Source: an uncultured Haloferula sp.
GTDB taxonomy: Bacteria; Verrucomicrobiota; Verrucomicrobiia; Verrucomicrobiales; Akkermansiaceae
DNA length: 64,000 nucleotides
Direction: 5' to 3'
Assembly (NCBI GenBank): GCA_965652295.1
Contig: CBFGTS010000001.1
Coordinates: 576,001-640,000, forward strand
The notes under the pieces: model-generated
Databases searched by the model: none
What the model saw: the letters and a program-made list of their open reading frames with translations, nothing else
Told to the model about the DNA's origin: nothing
In this document: one piece after another, positions 57,166 through 64,000 of the stretch
Numbering within the stretch: the stretch's first letter is position 1
Layout of the letters: each line of letters opens with the position of its first letter
Made by a program: the position numbers and the translations under genes

Positions 57166-59769
57166 TCAGTCGGCAAGGGTTCCGGTGACGCGGATTTCGC
57201 TGAGTGCGGCGGCGTCGGGCTTGGAAAAGGAGATGCGGACGTAGCGTCCGGGCGTGCCGGCAGGCACCTGGATGTCGGCGGTGGCACGAGGGGCCTCGTT
57301 CTTGCCGGCGTCGGCGACGGCATGCCATGTCTCGCGGTCGGCGGAAACTTCCACGCGGTATTGCCAGACGCGCTCCTCGGGGAACGAGAGACGGATGTGC
57401 GAAATCACGAGGCCCTTTTCGGTGTCGAGCGTGAGCGACGGAGCGGCATCGGAGGCTGCGGGTCTCCAGGCGGTCTCCGGCTTGTCATCGGCGGCGAAGC
57501 CGGGAGAGGAACCGTCCACGGAGCTGCTGGCGAAGGTCGGGTTGTTCGGGCCGTAGGTGGCGGGAAGCTTGGGTTGGTTGCCTTTGTCGAAGCGGGCGTA
57601 GGGCCGCGGCTGAACGGTGGGTGTTTCGCCTGCGACGTAGGGCTGGCCGCCGGTGAAATGCAGGGCCAGTTCGGCATCCTTCAAGTCGGGCGAGCTTGCT
57701 TTCACCACGGTCTCGCCTGCGTGCCAGCCACGGATGGAGATGGCTGCCTTGCCTTCCTGAATGCGGATGTCGCTGTCGTTCGCGAAACGGATCGAGCGGC
57801 CGGTGGGAAACTCGCCGGGGCCGGAAACGATCGTCAGCTCGACCGGCGGCGAGTGGCTCAGCGGCGCGCCTTTGGAATCGACCACGGTGACGAGCAGGTG
57901 GGCGTCGTCGGTGCCGTCGGTGCGGATGCCCCGAGTTTTGTCGGCTTCGAGCGTGAGCCCGGCCGGCTTGCCGTCCTTCGGCCATTCGGGCGGCTTGGTG
58001 TCGGTGTATTCGCTGCGGTACCAATACCAGGCGCGTTTCGGGATGCGGAAGTAGTCCACGATCCCCATCTTCCCGAGCTGCGCGCCGGCGATGCTGCCGT
58101 GGTCGAAGCCGCACCAGATCGCCTGCCCGGCGCGCCAGTCCGGTTCTTTCTCCGATCGGACGAGGTCACCCCAGTTCGCCTGATATTTGCCCGGGCGGTC
58201 GGATGCCACGCTGCCGTATTCGGTGACCATGTTCGGTTTGCCCGGATCCTGGAAGGCGGGGATGGTGGCGCCGTCGCCGTTGTAGCCGGCGATGTCGCCG
58301 AGGAGGTCGATGCGGTTTTCGTCGATCGGCCGCTGGGCACCGCCGATCATGGCGGGCCGGGTGGGGTCGAGTTCGTGGGAAAGCGCGACCAGTTCCTTGA
58401 GTAGCCCGGCGACCTTGGGCATCACGCTTGGCTCGCTGAAAAAGGCCTCGTTGGACATGCTCCAGGCCACGATGGAGGGACGGTTGCGGTGGATGCGGAT
58501 CATCGACCGCAGCGAGTGCTTGAGGCTGTCGGCGAAGGGTTCTTCATCCTTCTCGTGGATCGGGTAAGCGCTGGCGTTCCAACCTCCCTCGCTCGCGGCT
58601 TTGTTGGAGCCGCCGATGCCCCAGAAGCAGTTCTCCGAGAGGAACAGCAGCCCGAGTTCATCGCTGGCGCGGGTTTTCGCCGGGGCCTGCGGATAGTGGG
58701 AGCCGCGGAGGAGGTTGAAGCCGGCTTCCTTCATCAGCCGGACGTCGCGGTAGTGGCCCGAGTCGGGCACCGCGTCGCCCCAGCCGGCGTGGTCCTGATG
58801 GATGTTCGCACCGCGCAGGTAGACGTGGCGACCGTTGAGGAAGAATCCTTTGTCCGCGGTCCATTCGAACCAGCGGATGCCGAAGGTCGTCTCGTAGCGG
58901 TCGATTGGTTCGTCACCACCTGGGTAAAGCTGGCTGACGGCGCGGTAGAGGTTCGGCTGGCCGATGTCCCACAGTTGTGGGTTTTTTACGGCGGGAAGGT
59001 CCTGATCGAAGGTGACGGTGGCACCGGGCGCGATGCGTTGCTTGCTGGAGGTTTTGGAAACGATTTTTCCGTCGGGACCGAAAACGGCGGTGCGCAGCTC
59101 GGCTTCGACGGGCTCGCTGCGGTGGTTGCGGACTTCGGTCTGCACCTTGATCGAGGCGGAGGTTTTCGAAACCTTCGGTGTGGTCACGAAGGTGCCGAAC
59201 CAAGTGACGTGGAGCGGATCGGTGACGACGAGGTGGACGTTCCGGTAAAGCCCGCCGCTGAAGACGTGCTCGCCGGCGCGTGGGGCGAGGCCGGGCTTCC
59301 AGAGGTTGTTGAGGCGCACGGCGACGAGGTTCATGCCGGTCTTCACGTGGTCGGTGATGTCCACGGGGAAGCCGACATAGCCGCCCTGATGGCCGGCGAT
59401 TTTGGTGCCGTTGATGAAAATCTCCGCGTCCTGGAAGGCGGCCTCGAACTCCAGCGAGATTTGCTTGCCCTCCCACGCTTCGGGCACTTCGAACGACTTA
59501 CGGTACCAGCCGTAGCCGGTGTAGAAATCGTTGTGCATGAAGTAGGGCATGCTGAAGGAGTGCGGCAGTCCGATGGGCTGCCACGCGCCGTCGTCGAATG
59601 CCGCGTCATCGGCCCCGGCCGGATCGCCGAGCTGGAATTTCCAGTCGCGGTTGAAGTTTTCGGTGATGCGGAGTGGCGGCTCGTCGGCGTCCAAACGGAT
59701 GATGCCGAGAAGGCAGACAACCAGCGGCACGAGCCGTGTGAGGCCTGCCATGAAACGTTGGGTGATCAT
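57166..59769 (-). CDS. GH2 beta-galactosidase-like glycosidase with C-terminal F5/8-type module
   Basis: GWYRK.F, GGLYRNV, GANIHQD, RGSHYP, WSMSNE, TEYG. Confidence 0.93.
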   Translation of the reverse strand: MITQRFMAGLTRLVPLVVCLLGIIRLDADEPPLRITENFNRDWKFQLGDPAGADDAAFDDGAWQPIGLPHSFSMPYFMHNDFYTGYGWYRKSFEVPEAWEGKQISLEFEAAFQDAEIFINGTKIAGHQGGYVGFPVDITDHVKTGMNLVAVRLNNLWKPGLAPRAGEHVFSGGLYRNVHLVVTDPLHVTWFGTFVTTPKVSKTSASIKVQTEVRNHRSEPVEAELRTAVFGPDGKIVSKTSSKQRIAPGATVTFDQDLPAVKNPQLWDIGQPNLYRAVSQLYPGGDEPIDRYETTFGIRWFEWTADKGFFLNGRHVYLRGANIHQDHAGWGDAVPDSGHYRDVRLMKEAGFNLLRGSHYPQAPAKTRASDELGLLFLSENCFWGIGGSNKAASEGGWNASAYPIHEKDEEPFADSLKHSLRSMIRIHRNRPSIVAWSMSNEAFFSEPSVMPKVAGLLKELVALSHELDPTRPAMIGGAQRPIDENRIDLLGDIAGYNGDGATIPAFQDPGKPNMVTEYGSVASDRPGKYQANWGDLVRSEKEPDWRAGQAIWCGFDHGSIAGAQLGKMGIVDYFRIPKRAWYWYRSEYTDTKPPEWPKDGKPAGLTLEADKTRGIRTDGTDDAHLLVTVVDSKGAPLSHSPPVELTIVSGPGEFPTGRSIRFANDSDIRIQEGKAAISIRGWHAGETVVKASSPDLKDAELALHFTGGQPYVAGETPTVQPRPYARFDKGNQPKLPATYGPNNPTFASSSVDGSSPGFAADDKPETAWRPAASDAAPSLTLDTEKGLVISHIRLSFPEERVWQYRVEVSADRETWHAVADAGKNEAPRATADIQVPAGTPGRYVRISFSKPDAAALSEIRVTGTLAD

Positions 59770-59881
59770 GGACTGAAATACGGGGATGATGGGGGGATCT
59801 TGTGAGGGTTCGCGGAGAGCGTAGGTTTCCCTGTCAAACTGCGTCGGGCTTGCTTTCCCGGCCGGTCACTCAGGGTCGACC

Positions 59882-60982
59882 TCACTCATCGTCGTGGACT
59901 TTGGTGATGACCGGGATCTTCTTCTCGACCGGATCGGCGACCAACATCTCCGAGACCTCCTTCAGGATCGCGATCGCTTCCGGCTGGACCTCGCCGTTTT
60001 CGTCAGGGCCCACGTTCAGCAGCAGATTGCCACCCTTGTGGTTGATGTCCTCGAGCTTGTCGAAAACCGTTTGCGGGCTCTTCCAGTCGTGGTCGTGCTT
60101 CTTGTATCCCCACGACTCGTTCATGGTATAACAAGCCTCCCAGTGTCTGGGGAAACCGGAGTCGAAATGCTCCTGTTCCTGGGTGACGTAGTCCAAATGG
60201 AACTCGTCGCGCTTGGCCACGCGGTTGTTGACGATGATTTCGGGATCCGCCTCGCGGATCGTGTTGTAGAGCCGGATTCCATCATCCAGCTCCCACCAGT
60301 CGGCCCAGTCGCCGTCGAACCAAAGCAGGGCGGGGTCGTAGCGCTCGATCAGCTCGAGGATCTGGTGGGTCTGATAAGCCAGATATTCCTCCTTCTTTCC
60401 GTCGAGCATCTCGGTGTTTCCCCAGCGGTTCAACGTGCCTTTCTGGTCCAATCTCGGGTCCTGCGACGGGTGATGCCAATCGATGATGCTGTAGTAGATG
60501 CCGAATTTGATCCCGTGTTTCGCGCAGGCCTTTTTCAACTCGCGGAGAATGTCGCGGCCCGCGAAGGGAGTGCTGGCGACGTCGAAGTCGGTGTATTCGC
60601 TGTCCCACAAACAGAAGCCTTCGTGGTGTTTGCTGGTGATGACCAAATAGGTCATCCCGGCCTCTTTGGCGGTCCGGGCGAGGAAATCCGCATCGAATTT
60701 CGTCGGGTTGAAATCCTCGGCGATCTTCGCGTATTCGTCGCGGGGAATGCTCTTGCTCGCCTGGATCCACTCGGAATACCAGCCCACCTGTTCGCCCTTC
60801 CACTCGCCGCCCAAGCGGGAGTAGAGCCCGAAGTGAATGAACATCCCGTACTGGCCCTCGGCGAACCACTTCATCCGCGAGTTGTAGCTTTCAAGGGATT
60901 CCTCCTTCGGCTCCAGGGCCTGTGCGGCGGAAGTCAGGAGGATAGCCAGAGCTGAATGGGAGAAGAGTTTCCGTAGGTTCAT
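59882..60982 (-). CDS. GH29 alpha-L-fucosidase (single domain, secreted)
   Basis: GMFIHFGLYS, TSKHHEGFCLW, WFDGDW, NNRV, GNLLLNVGP. Confidence 0.95.
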   Translation of the reverse strand: MNLRKLFSHSALAILLTSAAQALEPKEESLESYNSRMKWFAEGQYGMFIHFGLYSRLGGEWKGEQVGWYSEWIQASKSIPRDEYAKIAEDFNPTKFDADFLARTAKEAGMTYLVITSKHHEGFCLWDSEYTDFDVASTPFAGRDILRELKKACAKHGIKFGIYYSIIDWHHPSQDPRLDQKGTLNRWGNTEMLDGKKEEYLAYQTHQILELIERYDPALLWFDGDWADWWELDDGIRLYNTIREADPEIIVNNRVAKRDEFHLDYVTQEQEHFDSGFPRHWEACYTMNESWGYKKHDHDWKSPQTVFDKLEDINHKGGNLLLNVGPDENGEVQPEAIAILKEVSEMLVADPVEKKIPVITKVHDDE

Positions 60983-61000
60983 GAATGTTTCTTCGAGATG

Positions 61001-63502
61001 TCAGTCTGTTTTGGTGGGTGCGGTGAAGGTGGTCGCGGTGCCCGTATAACGAATGACGGCGTCCGGTTTCTCGGTCTCCTTCGAGCCTGTGCCGCGATCT
61101 TCTGAAACGAGGATCACCCGGAATGTCCGTTGCTTCGCCATTCCCGGGAAGGCGCCTCTGCGCGCGCCGAGGGTAAGGGTTTTCGTCTCCTTATTCCAAG
61201 CGATGGGAATCGTGGCGAAGGCTCCCTTTTCGTAGCCATAGCCATCGCCCTCGTCTTCATAGAAGGTGAACGTGCCATCCGCTCCGGGATAGACGCGCAA
61301 TTCGATGGGAGCGTCCGGCTTTTCGCCGGTGAATTGCTGGTGCGGCCCCATCGGCACGATGCTGCCGGACTTCACGAAGAGCGGAATCTGCGAGAGCGGT
61401 GCCTCGGCCTGGATGGTCTGGCCGCCGGAGTGCTGCCGGCCGCTCCAGAAATCGATCCAAGCCGCACCCTCCGGCAGGTAAACCTCGCGCGCTTCAGGTG
61501 CGTCCTCGATCGGCTGGGAGTCGGGCCCGTAATGTTGCGGCGCGAGAACCGGAGCGACCATGAAGGCGTCGCCGACGAGGAACTGCGTCTTCAGGTCGTG
61601 TGTCTTTTCATCCTCCGGGAAGGCGAATGCCAACGGACGCAGGAACATGTCGTCGTTGAGCGAAACGCGGCCGGCCAGTGAATAGAAGTAAGGGAGCAAG
61701 CGGTAGCGCAGGTCGATGGAGGCGAGGACCGCGTCGTAAAATGGAGTGCCCGGTTCGCCGAAGCGCCATGGCTCGCGTGGTGTGTCGGTGCCGTGGCTGC
61801 GGAACATCGGCAGGAAGACACCGGCTTGCAGCCAGCGGGTGTAGAGTTCGCGATAGCCGAGGTCTTCGCACCCCTGGTTGTATTGTCCTTTCCAGAACCA
61901 TTGGGTTTTGGACGCCACGAAGAATGCCCCGATATCCATGGTGATGTGGGGATAGCCCGCCGCGCTGATGCTTTGCAGCGCCACCAGCTGCTGGGCCAGG
62001 GTATCCCAGCTTGCGGTGGTGTCTCCCGTCCAGAGCATGGCGCCGGTACGCTGGCCACCCGCATAGCCGGAGCGGGTGAGGTTGAGGACGCGTTTGTCGG
62101 GCATGTCCTCGCGCTGGTTTTCGGAGATTCCGACGGCGTCCATCAGGCCGTAGGCGTTCAGGATCTGGGGATCGACGACTTTCGCCAGGCCGGCGATGTT
62201 GGCGGCGTCCGCATCCGCAGGGCGGTCCTTCTTCCAATCCGCATTTTCGGGCTCCGTGGAATCGCACCACCAACCGTCCATGCCGTGCTGGCCGAAGGGT
62301 TCCCAGGCCACGGTCTTCCAATAGAGTTCGCGCGACTTCGGGTCGAAGGGGTTGAAGTTCGCCGAGCCTGCCAGCATGTAGCCGGCCTCTTTGAGTGCCT
62401 TGCCCGCCACCGATTGGTCGCTCGGGTTCGGCCAGATCGAGATCATCACGTGAGCGTTCAGATCGTGAATCTCACGCGTCATCTTCGCGATGTTGGGGTA
62501 GCGTTTCTTGTCCACGTCTCCGCCCCATTGCAGCCAGTAGTTCCAGTCCTGAACGATGACATCGAGCGGGATCTCGCGCTTGCGGAACTCCTTCACGGTG
62601 TCGATCAGCTCTTCCTGCGTCTTGTAGCGCTCCTTCGACTGCACGTAGCCGTAGGCCCAGCGGGGCAGCATGGACGCCGCGCCCGTGAGCTGGCGGTAGC
62701 CGGCCACGGCCCCGTCCATGTCGGGTCCGTAGATGAAATAATAGTCGAGGTCGTCGATGACATCGAAGCTCATTGAACCGCCCTCGGGACCGTCGGCGAA
62801 AGTCATCGCGGAGTAGGCATCGAAGAGCAGCCCGTAGCCGCGGGTGGAAACCAGCGAGGGAACCAGAATGCGCAGGTTGTGCTGATAGAGCCGTTTGGCG
62901 GTTCCCCGCAGGTTGAGGTCGGAGGTTTCATCGAATCCAAGACCATAGAGCGCCTCGTCGTCGGAGAAATCGAACGAGACGGTGCCCTTCCATGCTTCGC
63001 GGTCCTTGCCCTGGACGTATTTCCCGACGATCTCGCGCTCGCCGTCCACGGTCTGCACCTTTTTCACGGTGGCGGGATCGGCGATCGATTTGATGACGTC
63101 CACTTTCTCAAGTGCGCGCGGATCCCGGCGATCTTCCGCGAGGAGCGGTTTGCCCTCCGGAGTGAAATACGAGACCGCCTCGGTGGCGCGGTCGATGCGG
63201 ACGACGAGTTGATCCGACTTCAGGTCGATGAAACCGTCCTTCTCCTCCACCTCGATCTCGCCGGGGGATTCCTCGACGGGGACCCGCATCAGGCTCTCTT
63301 TGTCGGACCACTGGTCGTTCCGCGTGACGCGCACGCGGGCGATGCGGCCGGTGACGAACCGGACCTGCAAATGGCCATCAGAAAGGGTGAGGGTGGCTCC
63401 GTCGGCGAGCGGATCGACCTTTTCTACCTTCGCGAGGAGACTGGGCGAAAGGCTGCAAGCGATGCAGGCGGTGAGCGGGAGCGAGAAAAGATTTCTTCTC
63501 AT
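61001..63502 (-). CDS. GH31 glycosidase (alpha-xylosidase-like)
   Basis: QSKERY, IVQDW.YW, WWCDSTEP nucleophile, WTGD, RSHGT, YEDEGDGY.YEKG. Confidence 0.92.
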   Translation of the reverse strand: MRRNLFSLPLTACIACSLSPSLLAKVEKVDPLADGATLTLSDGHLQVRFVTGRIARVRVTRNDQWSDKESLMRVPVEESPGEIEVEEKDGFIDLKSDQLVVRIDRATEAVSYFTPEGKPLLAEDRRDPRALEKVDVIKSIADPATVKKVQTVDGEREIVGKYVQGKDREAWKGTVSFDFSDDEALYGLGFDETSDLNLRGTAKRLYQHNLRILVPSLVSTRGYGLLFDAYSAMTFADGPEGGSMSFDVIDDLDYYFIYGPDMDGAVAGYRQLTGAASMLPRWAYGYVQSKERYKTQEELIDTVKEFRKREIPLDVIVQDWNYWLQWGGDVDKKRYPNIAKMTREIHDLNAHVMISIWPNPSDQSVAGKALKEAGYMLAGSANFNPFDPKSRELYWKTVAWEPFGQHGMDGWWCDSTEPENADWKKDRPADADAANIAGLAKVVDPQILNAYGLMDAVGISENQREDMPDKRVLNLTRSGYAGGQRTGAMLWTGDTTASWDTLAQQLVALQSISAAGYPHITMDIGAFFVASKTQWFWKGQYNQGCEDLGYRELYTRWLQAGVFLPMFRSHGTDTPREPWRFGEPGTPFYDAVLASIDLRYRLLPYFYSLAGRVSLNDDMFLRPLAFAFPEDEKTHDLKTQFLVGDAFMVAPVLAPQHYGPDSQPIEDAPEAREVYLPEGAAWIDFWSGRQHSGGQTIQAEAPLSQIPLFVKSGSIVPMGPHQQFTGEKPDAPIELRVYPGADGTFTFYEDEGDGYGYEKGAFATIPIAWNKETKTLTLGARRGAFPGMAKQRTFRVILVSEDRGTGSKETEKPDAVIRYTGTATTFTAPTKTD

Positions 63503-63535
63503 GAATGATCGGGTGACGTCGGAAGTCGGGCGACC

Positions 63536-63973
63536 TCACGCCGTGACGGGTGTGACGCCCTTCTTGAGGATGATGTTGCCGTATTTCGCGAGTTCGCCGG
63601 TCATGACGACGGCGAAAGCCTGCTTGGCGCGTTCGTAGAACGCGAAACGGTCGATGAGGTCCGGGTCGGGTGCCGAAGGCGAGTGGCTGCGAATCGACCG
63701 GAGGTAGCGCTTGCCGACTTCGGGATCGAGCGTGTCGCCCTCCACGGCGTCCATCATGACGATGGGATCGGGAACGTAGGCATCGAGTTCGAAGAGCGGA
63801 AGGATCGCATCGAGCAGCGGCACGATTTCGAGCCCGTCGGCGCGGATGATGCGGTCGTTGAAGGACTCTCCGGGAAAGTGCGCGTCGGCGAGTACGATCT
63901 CATCGCCGTGCCCCATGCGGTGGAGCGTGGCGAGGAGTTCTGGTGAAAGGAGGGGTGAGATACCTTTGAGCAT
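63536..63973 (-). CDS. fucU: L-fucose mutarotase (RbsD/FucU family)
   Basis: MLKGI...[15 protein letters not shown]...RFAFYE...[10 protein letters not shown]. Confidence 0.95.
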   Translation of the reverse strand: MLKGISPLLSPELLATLHRMGHGDEIVLADAHFPGESFNDRIIRADGLEIVPLLDAILPLFELDAYVPDPIVMMDAVEGDTLDPEVGKRYLRSIRSHSPSAPDPDLIDRFAFYERAKQAFAVVMTGELAKYGNIILKKGVTPVTA

Positions 63974-64000
63974 CGGAACGGGTGGGTTAGATCTTCGCCG

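Noticed and set aside
56098..58404. 768-aa plus-strand ORF and other long antisense ORFs (17131..19143, 46508..48259, 48911..50611, 50617..52380, 38456..40009, 9988..11559, 3474..5111)
   Set aside because: They lie opposite well-supported genes and have no motifs; they are shadow ORFs expected from high GC3 codon usage
59808..59840. TTGACA/TGACAGG upstream of GH2 on the minus strand as a sigma70 or ECF promoter
   Set aside because: No acceptable -10 element (neither TATAAT-like nor CGTT) at matching spacing

Overview
GC-rich bacterial DNA, most likely Verrucomicrobiota (Luteolibacter/Haloferula-like). This is inferred from the PEP-CTERM proteins, ECF sigma/Ser-Thr kinase pairs and starts lacking Shine-Dalgarno motifs. 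The window has three parts. (1) Three parallel surface-protein modules, each directly downstream of a membrane Ser/Thr kinase; in two the kinase follows an ECF43-like sigma, and in the first the upstream region is outside the window. Each module encodes a PEP-CTERM protein, a non-catalytic large protein and an enzyme that all share one module-specific ~200-aa domain (called X, Y and Z here). The non-PEP members end in a shared 'S-x-DL-x-x-W/F...F-x-R/Q' C-terminal domain. Module-specific ECF-type promoter motifs and a stem-loop after each PEP-CTERM gene are visible. (2) A type I restriction-modification locus (hsdM-hsdS...hsdR) with four cargo genes between hsdS and hsdR: an ApeA-like HEPN protein, a PD-(D/E)xK nuclease, a wHTH-DUF488 protein and an OB-like unknown. 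(3) A minus-strand fucose/glycan utilisation cluster (fucU, GH31, GH29, GH2, two GH95, an unknown, an alginate-lyase-fold protein, fucI, a 48-codon GH95 deletion remnant) leading into module 3. No rRNA, tRNA, CRISPR array, integrase or transposase was recognised. All family assignments are from motif recognition by eye, not database searches.
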